Positions 38,455-56,700 of a DNA stretch of 64,000 nucleotides are shown here, one piece after another. The position numbers were made by a program, and so were the translations under genes. The DNA is from Macrostomum lignano. Lineage: Eukaryota. Below the pieces are notes generated by a model, which was not told where the DNA came from, made no database searches, and saw nothing but the letters and a program-made list of their open reading frames with translations. Position 1 is the first letter of the stretch. Every line of letters begins with the position of its first letter. The stretch lies in the NCBI GenBank assembly GCA_002269645.1, contig NIVC01000347.1, positions 248,001 to 312,000 of the forward strand. The letters run 5' to 3'.

Positions 38455-38995
38455 AAGGGATCTGTCAGTAAAGAATATGTCAGTAGGGATTTCTCAGTAA
38501 GGGATCTGTCAGTAGGGATCTGTCAGTAGGGATCTGTCAGTAAGGCATCTGTCAGTAGGGTCTGTCAGTAGGGGATCTGTCAGTAGGATCTGTCAGTAGG
38601 GTCTGTCAGTAAGGCATCTGTCAGTAGGGTCTGTCAGTAGGGGATCTGTCAGTAGGGGATCTGTCAGTAGGGGATCTGTCAGTAGGGGATCTGTCAGTAG
38701 GGGATCTGTCAGTAGGGGATCTGTCAGTAGGGGATCTGTCAGTAGGGGATCTGTCAGTAGGGGATCTGTCAGTAGTGGATCTGTCAGTAGGGGATCTGTC
38801 AGTAGGGGATCTGTCAGTAGGGGATCTGTCAGTAAGGATCTGTCAGTAGGGGATCTGTCAGTAGGGGATCTGTCAGTAGGGGATCTGTCAGTAGGGGATC
38901 TGTCAGTAGGGGATCTGTCAGTAGGGGATCTGTCAGTAGGGTCTGTCAGTAGGGGATCTGTCAGTAAGGATCTGTCAGTAGGGATCTGTCAGAAA
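38455..38995. repeat. 15 bp satellite GGGGATCTGTCAGTA
   Basis: Visible array ending at CTGTCAGAAATC, the start of duplication copy B. Confidence 0.95.
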
Positions 38996-41616
38996 TCAGG
39001 TTTGACTCTCAGCAGATATTCTGCATAATTTATAAAATTCATCAAGAATCAGCTGAGCCAGACATACTACTTGTATTTGATCTCACGCTCCCCAGCCCCG
39101 TTGTTATCAGGGACAGCTCTGTCCAGGCCAGCATTTCCAGCCTCACGCAGTTTCTAGGTACATGGAAAGATAAGTAAACAACTCTCTCTCTCTCTCTTTC
39201 TTTTGTCACGTTGCCGCCCCGCACCGTCAAAACACGAGATGGAGGGCAGGGGGTTGATGGAGCACCCAGTCTCAAGCTGCTGCAAAAGCTACTTAAATAA
39301 TTGAATGAGCCTCATCTTGACTGCCCCCGCATTAACAATGGAAGCTGCAGTGACAAAAAATCCAAGATTACCGAGCAGCACAGAGGCGCAGGGGCTGTTT
39401 CGGTTCGCTGATTTTGTTAAATTGATGTTTTTTTCAGAGAGCAGGCGCTCAAAGCCACTCGGTGCTTCATCTCTGCCCCATCTCTCAGGGGGATCTTCAT
39501 TGTTCCAGCTTATATTGTGAATTCTACCTGATGAATCTTTTTCATAACTATTCAGAAAAGCTAGCTAGTTGAATCTTTTTCTCTATCAGCAGCATTTCTT
39601 ATCTTTCATATTTGTCAGTTTTTCGTATTTAACCATATAAGATTCCTGGTTGTTGTGTTGCACAGGAAGATGCTATTAAAATGCAGGGGCATCAAATTTC
39701 AGTGCCAGCAATTAATAAATCATTTCTGCATAATAGAATGCACTTCTCTGCATAACACATCTCAGCTCTGTGTGCACAACACTTTGCAGAAGAAGAAATT
39801 GCAGAGAGGACTGATCAATGAGCTGCTCTGAGCCTCTTCTGTCTGTCTGTTTTGTTCCTGTGCCTTGGATCACTGCTCATCTATAACCTACTCTGACTCC
39901 CTCTCTCCCTCTAATCCACCTGTCTGACACTATCTGTCTACTAACTGCATCACCTTCTCATTTTTCTAAGTAAAAAGCTCAAAAATTAAAAATTGAATAA
40001 AATCATTCCTTTCCTTTAATAAAATCTGTTTCTATATTCTTTCCAGTGTTTTTTCAAGACTGCACCTTTTTAAAGCGTGCAGCAGAAGCCCAGAGGATCA
40101 AACAAAAATTTTATATTTTGCTTAACGGTATTAGCATTTAAGGAGCGACCAATAAATGATTGGGCTGATCAATAAATGCCCATTGTTCAAATTGATATTA
40201 GAGTCACACTTTGAGGCAGCCGAATGCGCTTTGTATGCTATTAGGCAATTAGGTATAATTACCTAATTAGGCAATTAGGCTAGATTAGCAAGTCATTAAT
40301 GTGCCCAAAACCATGCAGATACTCGTAAATTAGTCAGTTTAGTTAGCAATTTCATCATCATAAAACTAATTAACCCAGCTAGATCTACAAATTTTAATGC
40401 AACGGTTTATAACAAACACGTCCAGAACAATTGCAGAAATACGGCCTACTAAGAGAATTTTATATCAAGCTACAAAATAAAAATTGCGCTAACAATTAGA
40501 AACATTAGAGCACCCAAAAAAATAGCAATAGTTAATTAGACAATTATACAACTCGTTCAAATATTGTAATATTAGCCAGTTTACAACGAAGATTGAAGAA
40601 GTAAATAAGATTAGATATTGTGAGCGATCAAATATAGCAAAGCACAGTCAGAAAATTAAGCACTTCAAAAAAGTTAGGAAAGAATACAATTAGGCAACTA
40701 GACAGTAAAGAAATTAGCTAATTATTTAATTAGGCAATAAAGAAATTAGTTAATTAGACAATTATACAGCTAGAAAACTGTAATTTGTTAAATTCGACAA
40801 TAAAGAAATTGGATAATTAGGCAATTAAATCATTAGAAAATTAGGCAATTAATATAATGAGTCTAACCAGGCACTTCACTTGTACACGATCAATAATCTC
40901 AGCGACTTAGCAGCAACTGCGTAAAAATAGGAACCTGTGAGAAAATTTACACAACTGAGTTCTGAAAGCAGAGCTGTGGAACTGAAAACAACACAAATGG
41001 AAATCTCAGAAAAGAAACCGTTTGCAACAGATTAAAGTAGCGCCACGCGCAAATGAAGTTACAAATTGTCGCTGTCACTACATATCGGTAGATTGGCTCA
41101 GCTCCAGAGTAAAATATGAATTTTCGATTCTTCATCTATCACAGAGCAGCGCTACAGAATCTGAGCTTTGACAATCCGCAGATTTAAGGTTGCGGAGCCG
41201 AAGGCGCATTGAAAATTTTGAAAAACTGATTTTCAACTGGCAAAGTTTTGGATTGGGACTCTTTAGGACTGATTTGCGGACTCAGTGGGACTCCCCACTC
41301 GGTTCTGCCTCTCCTACCCAGATGTTTCCATCATTGCATCAAGAGCTCTCTCAGCTGCGAGGTGAAGCTGTGGACCAGCAGTTGAGCAGGTGGGGATTGG
41401 CCTCAGCACAGGGGAGCAGCGCATGTTTCTTTCACAATGAAACGTGAAACGAGAACTCGCAGCACCAAAAAAAATCACCGAGTTATCCAGGCTAATTTAA
41501 AAAAAACTAAACGTTAAAAAACGAAAAAGTTGCTCGAGTTATTCAAGTTATTTGGACATGAAGGCTATCACCAGTGCAACGGGAGTCGCATATGACACTC
41601 GGTCAGGACATTCTCG

Positions 41617-46077
<4,461 letters not shown>

Positions 46078-46563
46078 GTCGGATGCCAAAGCAGAGAATA
46101 GTTAAGAAAGTACGAATATCAAAAAGAATAAACTATACTTCAGTCGTCCTTGTGTCGGAGCTCACTCGGATTTCTCCAAGTGCACTCAGAGCGAACTCCT
46201 GTCCATTTTAATCCCTGCGCTGAAGGCTTTTGCTGCTGAGAGCCAATCAGCTTTGCCCGCTTCTCAACTTCATCCGTGGGCAGCTGCCCAGTGCTTTGCA
46301 GTAGTCAGTAGTATGTGTCGGAGCGAGATGCTAAAATCAGAAACTGCTGTGGTAAATGAAGCCGCCTGCAGCTGGCAGAGACGCTGCTTCTTAGAGTTGC
46401 TCCTGCAAGCTCCTGCAAGCAAGTCCGAGGATTTCGAGTTAAAAAACCACGCTTGGCACAATCTGTAGCAGATTGCAGAAATAAATAAAAAGTTATTAAA
46501 GAATTTGGTGAAAATCACTCTGAAATCATGGTGCAGTGATACGCCAAGGAGTCAGTCAGGCGT

Positions 46564-46792
46564 GGGTGTGTATAAAAGCTGGACACGTATTGGACACATT
46601 AGACACCCCTTATTTTAACATTAAATAATACTTTGTCTTAATTAATAAGTGTAAATGTTTTTTATTATTACAATTTTACATACCTATTTGGCAATCTTTG
46701 AATAAATCGTATCAACAAGTTTTTGAATTTCGAATTTTGTAAAAATAAGGTGTGTCCAATGTGTCCAATGAGTCCAGCTGTTATGCACACCC
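46564..46792. mobile_element. Mutator-like MITE (229 bp)
   Basis: About 50 bp imperfect TIRs starting GGGTGTG and a 10 bp TSD AGTCAGGCGT (46554-46563, 46793-46802); absent from copy A. Confidence 0.85.
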
Positions 46793-47585
46793 AGTCAGGC
46801 GTCAGGAAAGTGCCGTATGATGATACCATACATTTTTCGCTCATTTCTCATTCGTTAATAATGCTTAAATACGTTTTTACGCTCATAGATGCAGGTTATA
46901 AGACGTCTTGAAACCGTTTCTAAAATGGCGCTCACAAAATTTGGGCAAAATTTCCACAGGTGGTCTCTGGGGGAGCCAAAACCGATTTTCAGGCTCTTGC
47001 TGAGACATAATTTTTCGATAAGTTTTGCAGCAACAAACGGGCCTCAATTCGTGGTATCGAACTCTCGTGTGAGCACTTGGACTAAAGCTGCTCTCCAAGG
47101 TTTTATGATTTTTATGGTTTTACGTTTGTTTTAATGATAAAATGATATTAAAATGAAAACCTTTTAGCCTCGCAGCAGAGAATTTGGAGACTCAGAAGTC
47201 AAATCTCAGTTGAGACCGGCATTTGAGAATCTTACAGAGCGGATGCATTTTGCCGATGTACTTCAATATTTAATGACACCGCATGCGCACAGAGGCTGAT
47301 TATAACAAATTTGCTCACAATTGCGCCAGGAATGCCGTTGTGTAATTCAGGTCAGGGGCTCAGCATGCGGTCAGATGGCACCGTGCGAGCTATTACTGAC
47401 CGTATGATAAACAGATGCAAAATATTGATAATTGGGTTTTTACATGTAATTACAGCAAATTTAAGCAAAAATGTTGTGGTATAAAAGTACAGTAAGCAGC
47501 AAAACTCAATTTAATAAAGTCGTTCCCTGAACTCCTGAACCAAATCTGCGGCTGGGACTGAGAGCTTTGAGTCTTGAGCTTTGAG

Positions 47586-47739
47586 CAGACTCTCAGCTCT
47601 CCATCAGCTGCACTGCTCAACGCCCAGTCCCCGCAGACTCTCAACTCTCCATCAGCTGCACTTCTCAACTCCCCAGTCCCCGCAGACTCTCAGCTCTCCA
47701 TCAGCTGCACTGCTCAACGCCCAGTCCCCGCAGACTCTC
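47586..47739. repeat. 48 bp triplication that includes the stop codon of the perlecan-like gene
   Basis: CAGACTCTCAGCTCTCCATCAGCTGCACTGCTCAACGCCCAGTCCCCG x3; a related triplet lies at about 35800-35940. Confidence 0.85.
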
Positions 47740-50700
47740 GGCCAAGAAGTTCACTGGCGCCGAGCTCTGCATCCGCAGACTCCACAGGCAGCCCCGGAAG
47801 TCGCTGAGTCGCCCAGCCGCAGTCGCCGACCTCGAAGCCGCCAGGGCGCCGCCGTCCGGCAGGCCGCCGACGAAGACACCGCCTCGACGTCGCGACGTCG
47901 CCTCCAGCGGCAGCGTCGCAGAGGCCGCGGTGGTGTCCTCGACGAGCATCTGCAGCTGAATGTCGGACTTTCGACGCCGAGCGACCAGTCGAAACCGACG
48001 TCCCAAGCCATCGTCGATTCTGGGCGACTCCGGCGATGATTCGAGCGACGTCAGCAGCTGCGCGGAGCCGACGGTGAAGCCGCAGTCCAGCCGCAGGAGA
48101 CCGCGGCTGCTGACGCTGACGGCGATGAAGTCCTGACCGTCGGGCAGCTCGTCGGCGGGCTGGCCGTGCCACAGCACCAGGCTGGTGACGGAGACCTTCT
48201 GCAAGCGGAGCCGGAACTCGATGTGGAACTCCGGGCCCTGTAGGTAAGAGCCTGGCAGCTCGATGAAGCCGTCGCCATTGAAACGGGCCGAGTGGTGCAG
48301 CGCTGCGGCTGTGGGCGAATTCGGCGTTGGGGTTCAAGCATCCCGGATCCCACGAGTGGGGGACTTCCCTAATGGGTTCGTGTCTATGCATATCTGGGCG
48401 GTTGCTATGCTCGTCTCTCACCGATCTGGCAGTGCAGTCCCGAGAAGCCCAGCCTACACTGGCAGGTGTGCCGCTCACTGCTCAGGCCCCGGCACCTGCC
48501 GGCGTTCAGGCAGACGGTCCGGTCGCACGGAGTCGCCCGGTGCTCGCAGAAGCGGCCCGACCAGCCCGGGCGGCACTCGCAGACGGGGCCGCTGCCGAGG
48601 TCGCCGCAGCCGGAATTGCACAGCCCGGAGCTGCAGCCGAGCATCTGGCCACAATCCGCCACCCCCCGGTGCTCCACGGCGGCTTCGGCGAGCTCGACTC
48701 TCCTCGCCATCAGCTCGAGGTCGCGCAGGCAGCCCCGGAAGCCGCTCGCTGCGTCGATGACGTCACCAGCCGCCGCGATGACGTCACTGCTGACGCCTGC
48801 CAGGTACATGTGACCGGCAATCAGCGCTCGGCTGTGATTGGCTGTCAGGCTGAGCGTGACGGGCTGTGATTGGTTGAGTCTCAGACTGAGGCCCGTGAGG
48901 CTCCGGCGGAACTCCAGGTGGGTCCAGCCGCCGCCCGGCACGGCCTGCTCGGTTCGGAGCTGCACGAGGCGGCCCGCGATTCGCACCCGGGCCTGTTGAG
49001 CATAGGGTGAAGAGGATTTGACTGCTTTCATCGGGATTCAGCTGTAATTATTTCGGTTAGGCGCGCAGTCATGCTCATGCCGCTGACTTCTGAGCATGCA
49101 AGCGCTCATCCCGCTGAGCACTGGCGCTGAGCTATCCGCCACCGATTCTTACCTGCAGCAGCCCGTCCCGCAGCGTCAGGCTCTGGAAGTCGCCGCCGCT
49201 GCCTACGAGGTCGCCGGAGAAAAGCAGCAAGCCGGAGCTGCCGTTCTCGTCGGGTCGCACAGACAGAGCCACCAGGCTGCCCGACTGCTCAGGACGGCTG
49301 GCCACGGCCAGGTAGGAAGAGGAGGCTGGACCACTTCCGGGAAAGTAGGGCACCTGGATGGGCTGGCCTTGAAATGATCGTTTGCGGAGTGAGAGCGCTG
49401 GATTTGCGGATGCGGATGCGGATGTCAATGTGGATGCGGATGCGGATGCGGAAGTGGATGCGGATGCGGATGTCAATGTGGATGCGGATGTGGATGCGGA
49501 TGTCAATGTGGATGCGGATGTGGATGTGGATGCGGATGCGGATGCGGATGCGGATGCGGATGCGGATGCGGATGCGGATGCGGATGTGGATGCGGATGCG
49601 GATGTGGATGTGGATGCAGATGCGGATGCGGATGCGGATGTGGATGCGGATAAGGATGCGGATGTAGTATGAATTGCGAACTAAATTGAGAATTAATAAT
49701 GAGCATTGAATAAGTGTGCTCAATCATTTGGACATTGTATTGCAGCCTCAAGTCCCCCAGTCTCCACCCCAGCTCACCCGACTCGCAGCGATCTCCGCTC
49801 AGCCCCAGTCCGCAGTCGCAGCGAATTCCGTCGGCGACCTCCCGGCAGCGTCCATGGCTGCCGCAGGAGGTGGGCGCGCACCGCTCGCGCCGTCTCTCGC
49901 AGCGCCGACCTGCAAATCGATTTGGTAGGCGTGGGAATCCCTGGAGGCCAACAAAGACTCCATTGGAGATACCTCAAGCCAAAACAACTGACCAGCGAAG
50001 TCGCCAGGACACAGGCACCGAAATCCGGTCGGTTCGTGATCTGGTCGGCAAGAGCCGCCGTTCTCGCATGGTCCGTTTTCGGTTGCACTTCCGGTTGCAC
50101 TTTCGGTTCCACTTCCGGTTCCGGGTCCGCAGACGTCGGCCTGCCGCACTGGGCCGCCGACTCCCTCGGGGTCGGCAGCGGCATTGTCCCCGACAAGAAT
50201 GGGCCGGCCGGAGACCGCCAGCCGGCTGATGTCGCCGTTCAGGCAGGCGGTGCCGGCCGCTCCCAGCTGGGCGGGCAGCCGGTCGAGCAGCTCGGGCGGT
50301 GCGCAGCCCAGGTAGAAAACCGGCGGCAAGCCGAGGCCCTGGCGATCACCCGGAGTGGACTTCTCCACCGCCCGGCTGTCGTTGGCGCCTTCAGCAGACG
50401 GCTCCGCCACAGAGACGGTCAGGCGGCCCGTGCGGCCGGACCGGGACAGGCCGGCCACCGTCCAGACGCCCGGCCGCAACCGCTGGCGACTACGCAGCAG
50501 CACGGAGCCGGAGCCCAGGTTGAACCGGTACATCAGGTACCAGTCCACCAGGCTGAGGCTCAGGAAGTCCTTACCGGGTGCGGCCGTGCCGCTGTACAGG
50601 ATGAGGCCTGGAGCGGGGAAGGCGGGAGTGAAATTGCACTGCTCAGTAGGGGATCTGTCAGTAGGGGATCTGTCAGTAAGGATCTGTCAGTAGGGGATCT

Positions 50701-53700
50701 GTCAGTAGGGGATCAGTCAGTAGGGGATCTGCCAGTAGGGATCTGTCAGTAGTGGATCTGTCAGTAAGGATCTGTCAGTAGGGGATCTGCCAGTAGGGGA
50801 TCTGTCAGTAGGGGATCTGTCAGTAGGGGATCTGTCAGTAGGGGATCTGTCAGTAGGGGATCAGTCAGTAGGGGATCTGTCAGTAGGGGATCTGTCAGTA
50901 GTGGATCTGTCAGTAAGGATCTGTCAGTAGGGGATCTGCCAGTAGGGGATCTGTCAGTAGGGGATCTGTCAGTAAGGATCTGTCAGTAGGGGATCTGTCA
51001 GTAGGGGATCAGTCAGTAGGGGATCTGTCAGTAGTGGATCTGTCAGAAATTATGAGAAATTACTTAGATTTTTTTCAAACAAAGTTGTTTACTTCTTCGT
51101 TGCCTCCCCAATAGGGAGCTAAGATGGCTAGTCCTATATACTAAAAATGAGTCGTCTGTATGTCTAAAATTCACCGAAAACCGGCATAACAGTCCTGAAT
51201 AAACTTCAGTGCTTTAATTGCAGCAATCCTGTTGAAGTATCATAAATATAAGTTATGAATCAATACTCAAATCCGCTTGGTTATAGGGCTATTTTCTGAA
51301 GATGCAACCTCCAGTGAACGTTGCCGGTGCACCAACTATACCACTGTGTAATTTAAATTTCTAATAGGGCCACACATGCTTTGTCAGCCGATTGAGGGGT
51401 GGGCAGCTATCGCAATCTCTTTATTTTACTTTAAAGTTACAAAAGTTTGTTTCATCTCTCTTACTCAAAAAAATATTTAATTATTTTGAATGCATGCAAA
51501 ACTACTTTCGTGGTTTGGACTGCAATTAAAATAATGGATATAATCCCGAAACAAACCCCGCATGAAAGCCATGAAATCCCCATGCTTCGAAATACCGGGA
51601 ATAAAATCCCAAGATCCCGGAATTGGAATGCCTACCTTTATACAAATCGCAAATTTACAGCTATGAATAGAATTATGAAATGGCACACACACAAACACAC
51701 ATAGGATAGGTATCCGTCATCGAGTCAGTAAGACTTATATCATCAATTTTAACCTTCCACTGCACTCTCTCTCTCTCTCTTCTTCCTTCCTGCCTTCCTC
51801 ACCCCTCGTGGCAGTGATGAAGACGGAGGCGCCCATGGGGGCCTTGGCAACTGAAAGCTATCCATGGGCAGGCTTTGACAAGTGTGTGTTTGCCCTTACA
51901 ATACAATGCTGCAGCAGCATTTTAAACCGTTCCCCACCCCACTGATGAAATCGAACACCAACCCACATCTTTTGTGCGGCTGGCAGCGAGGCGAATCTTA
52001 CTGTAAACTAAAACTTGAAATTGCTTTATGGCATGACATGGGATGTGGATTGATTATGCAGTCCCAGTGCAATCGTACCCCTCACAGAACCTGTCTGTCA
52101 GTGTATGTACTTTCCTATTTTATAGCATAGCAACTTTCTGCGGCACCTAAATGGTCACTGTGATGCTTAAACGGTCACTGAGATGCCTAAATGGTCACTG
52201 TAGTGCTTAAATGGTCACTGTAGTGCTTAAATGGTCACTGTAGTGCTTAAATGGTCACTGTGCTGCTTAAATGGTCACTGTGATGCTTAAATGGTCACTG
52301 TGCTGCTTAAATGGTCACTGTGATGCTTAAATGGTCACTGTGATGCTTAAATGGTCACTGTGCTGCTTAAATGGTCACTGTGATGCTTAAATGGTCACTG
52401 TGATGCTTAAATGGTCACTGCGATGCTTAAATGGTCACTGTGAGGCCTAAATGGTCACTGCGATGCTTAAATAGTCACTGCGATGCTTAAATGGTCACTG
52501 TGATGCTTAAATAGTCACTGCGATGCTTAAATGGTCACTGTGAGGCCTAAATGGTCACTGCGATGCTTAAATAGTCACTGCGATGCTTAAATGGTCACTG
52601 TGATGCTTAAATAGTCACTGCGATGCTTAAATGGTCACTGTGAGGCCTAAATGGTCACTGCGATGCTTAAATGGTCACTGTGAGGCCTAAATGGTCACTG
52701 CGATGCTTAAATAGTCACTGCGATGCTTAAATGGTCACTGTGAGGCCTAAATGGTCACTGTTGATGCTTAAATGGTCACTCAGCAAAAAGCTGTGTGCTC
52801 ACCCAGTCCCGATCTGGCTCGAAACGCAATCTGAATATCGTGCTTAAAATACGGCAGGCTGATATGGCGCAGGCGGATGTAGGCTTGCGGAGGCTGGGCC
52901 CGCAGGTTCGGCTGGCGAGATGGCGGCTGATTATGAAATGATGGAATCAACCGCTGCACCTGGAAAGCGTTGTGAAATTGAGTTTATATTAGATTAACAC
53001 TGGATTAGTGAGGCTATTGGATTAGTGAGACTATTGGATTAGTGGTGCTACTGGGTTAGTGAGGCTATTGGATTAGTGAGGCTACTTGATTAGTGAGGCT
53101 ACTGGATTAGTGAGGCTACTGGATTAGTGAGGCTACTGGATTAGTGAGGCTATTGGATTAGTGAGGCTACTGGATTAGTGAGGCTACTGGATTAGTGAGG
53201 CTACTGGATTAGTGAGGCTACTGGATTAGTGAGGCTACTGGATTAGTGAGGCTACTGGATTAGTGAGGCTACTGGATTAGTGAGGCTACTAAAATTAGTA
53301 AGGCTATTGGATTAGTGATGCTACTGGATTAGTGAGGCTACTAGATTAGTGAGACTACTGGATTAGTGATGCTAATGGATTAGTGAGGCTACTAGATTAG
53401 TGAGACTACTAGATTAGTGAGACTATTGGATTAGTGATGCTAATGGATTAGTGAGGCTACTGGAATAGTGATGCTAATGGATTAGTGATGCTACTGGATT
53501 AGTGAGGCTACTGGAATAGTGATGCTAATGGATTAGTGATGCTACTGGATTAGTGATGCTACTGGATTAGTGAGGCTACTGGATTAGTGAGGCTACTGGA
53601 TGAGTGAGGCTACTGGATTAGTGAGGCTACTACGTGGATTAATGAGGCTACTACAAGGATTAGTGAGGCTACTACATGGATTAGTGAAACCACTTGATTA

Positions 53701-56700
53701 GTGAATCTCTATATTGATTATTGAATTTATGTATTAATAGGAATACCAGATAGATCAGTATGACTGTATAAATTACATACAGTTAGGGCTACTGGCAGAT
53801 ACAAGTTTAGGCTAAATTGATTAAAGAAACTACTCTACTATAATACTAAATCTACAGGATCAGTATCTGTGTTGTATTAATAAAAGTTAGTCAGAGAGAC
53901 CGCCATGAAACAGAATACTGTACTGAAGGAAATGCTACCAGCACAGTTTAATCTGTGCCAGTCAGAAACCACCCACAGGCAAACTAAACAGACCGCGGAA
54001 CTCTGATGCCCTTTTGTGTGGTTCAACTGATGGCTACTGCATGCGCAAGGGAACGCGGGAAATGGTTGCAACACGCGCGAAGATAAAGGGAAAGAGGCGA
54101 GGCAGGCGGATGGAGATAGATTGGGGATGAAATGGGAGCTGCTAAGGGAGGAACCAGAGTTGAAAGGGATCAGTTCCCCTAAAGCCAGTTGTTAGCCTAA
54201 TGTTTATGATCCCAATGTCATGGCTGCTTTGCCAAAGCAGTTCCAAAAAAGAGGAAAAGAGTAAAACTTGCGACTTTATTCTTGGGAAAACCTTTCAAGC
54301 GCTGCAGCAGCATTTCCGTGACGGAAAAGCAGGGAAAGGAGGCCATGTTCGTGACAAGCCCAACGTCAAGCAGCCCCAACCCCATCCTCCCTGGAAACCA
54401 CGGGATCCAGACAGACAGCTTCACACTGGACTAGCAATTTATTTTTTTAGTTCTTCAGCGCCTCAGTCGGATATAAAATGGCTTTTAAAAATTAAAAAAA
54501 TACATTTGTTAAATTTGTTTGTTTGACCGCATGAGTCACTGTCACGTGCGGCGCGCTTTTTCAGAGAAAATCTGTTTAGATAGAATAGGATTTCTAAGAA
54601 ATCACTCCTACTACTAAGAATCGAATTTTAAAAGAAAACTCCTATTAAAAATCCATTTTCTAATAAATCGCCATTCGGGAGAATTGAATTTCCTAGAAAG
54701 CCGCCCTACTGAAAATCATATTTCTACAAAAATCGTCCGAGTCAGAATGTATTTTCTAAGAAATCGACTTTTAAGAATCAGGTTTCTAAGAGTTCACCCT
54801 ATTGAGATCAGATTTCTAGGAAATCACAATATTGAGATAGGATTTCTATGAAATCGCCCAATTGATAATCGGGTATCAAAGAAATCGCTCTATTAAGAAC
54901 AAGGTTTCTAAGAAATCACTTTTATTAAGATTGGTTTTCTAGGAAATCAACGTATTCAAATCGTATTTCTAGGAAATCACCCTATTGAGATCGGATTTCT
55001 AGGCAATCACGCTATTGAGATCGGATTTCTAAGAAATCGCCTATTGAAAATCGAATTTCTAAGAACATGAAGTTCGAAGACATTTAGAAATTCCATTTAG
55101 AATCCACTCTAAATAGAATTCTGAGAATCCCTTGCCACCCCGAGGTCCGCAGGCCGCGCACCTGCAGGTCGTACAGCAGGGTGATTCTCTCTCCGCTGTG
55201 CAGAGCTGCCTCGCACAGGTAGGCACCGGAGTCCGAGCTGCGAAGCCGGAGCAGTTTGAGGGAGTTGTTGGCCAACAAGATGTGACGATCTCTGCGAGTT
55301 GTGGCGAGGGTAGAGAGGTGAGAGATGTCAGGTTGAGAGATGTCAGGTTGAGAGATGTCAGGTTGAGAGATGTCAGGTTGAGAGATGTCAGGTTGAGAGA
55401 TGTCAGGTTGAGAGATGTCAGGTTGAGAGACGTCAGGTTGAGAGATGTCAGGTTGAAAGATGTCAGGTTGAGAGATGTCAGGTTGAGAGATGTCAGGTTG
55501 AAAGATGTCAGGTTGAGAGATGTCAGGTTGAGAGATGTCAGGTTGAGAGATGTCAGGTTGAGAGATGTCAGGTTGAGAGATGTCAGGTTGAGGGATATAA
55601 GGAAGACGATGTCAGTGAGACAGATGTCAGATTGATAGATGTCAGGTTGAGAGATGTCAGGTTGAGAGATGTCAGGTTGAGAGATGTCAGGTTGAGAGAT
55701 GTCAGGTTGAGAGATATAAGGAAGACGATGTCAGTGAGACAGATGTCAGATTGATAGATGTCAGGTTGAGAGATGTCAGGTTGAGAGATGTCAGGTTGAG
55801 AGATGTCAGGGAGAGAGATGTCAGGTTGAGAGATGTCAGGTTGAGAGATGTCAGGTTGAGAGATATCAGGATGAGAGATGTCAGGTTGAGAGATGTCAGG
55901 TTGAGAGATATCAGGATGAGAGATATAAGGAAGACGATGTCAGTGAGACAGATGTCAGATTGATAGATGTCAGGTTGAGAGATGTCAGGTTGAGAGATGT
56001 CAGGTTGAGAGATGTCAGGGAGAGAGATGTCAGGGAGAGAGATGTCAGGTTGAGAGACGTCAGGGAGAGAGATGTCAGGGAGAGAGATGCCAGGGAGAGA
56101 GACGTCAGGGAGAGAGATGTCAGGTTGAGAGATGTCAGGTTGAGAGATGTCAGGTTGAGAGATGTCAGGTTGAGAGATGTCAGGTTGAGAGATGTCAGGT
56201 TGAGAGATGTCAGGGAGACAGATGTCGGGGAGACAGATATCAGAATAGGCAGACACCAATGACCATCAAGAACGATTCCAACAAATCCAGGTCAATGCTG
56301 TCCCACAGCCACTCACTGCGGCAGCTCTCCGCTTTCGTGACTCCACACTGCCACAGCCAGAGGAGCGGCGGCGCCATGCGGTGGCGCGCAATCCAGAGTG
56401 GCGCCGAGGCCAGCTGGCGCCGCCGCGGTCAGCCTGATGATGCGCCTCGGCAGCTCCGCGCGCTCTGGAAGGTGAGCGAATGATAAGGGAGAGTGACCCA
56501 ATATTATGGGAGAGAGTGACCCAATATGATGGGAGAGAGTGACCTAGTATGATGGGGGAGAGTGACCCAATATGATGGGGGAGAGTGACCCAATATGATG
56601 GGAGAGAGTGACCCAATATGAAGGGAGAGAGTGACTCAATATTATGGGGAGTGTGACTCAATGATTAGGGAATGTGACCCAATGATTAGGGAATGTGACC

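Noticed and set aside
49799-49992. Read-through of ORF 49799-50548 beyond the first EGF
   Set aside because: The EGF cysteine pattern is completed only by splicing 49993 to 49909, so the ORF tail is intron plus the wrong frame.
51130-51420. Possible Helitron-like 5' end (TCCTATATACTAAAAATGAGTC)
   Set aside because: No convincing 3' hairpin plus CTRR end was found.
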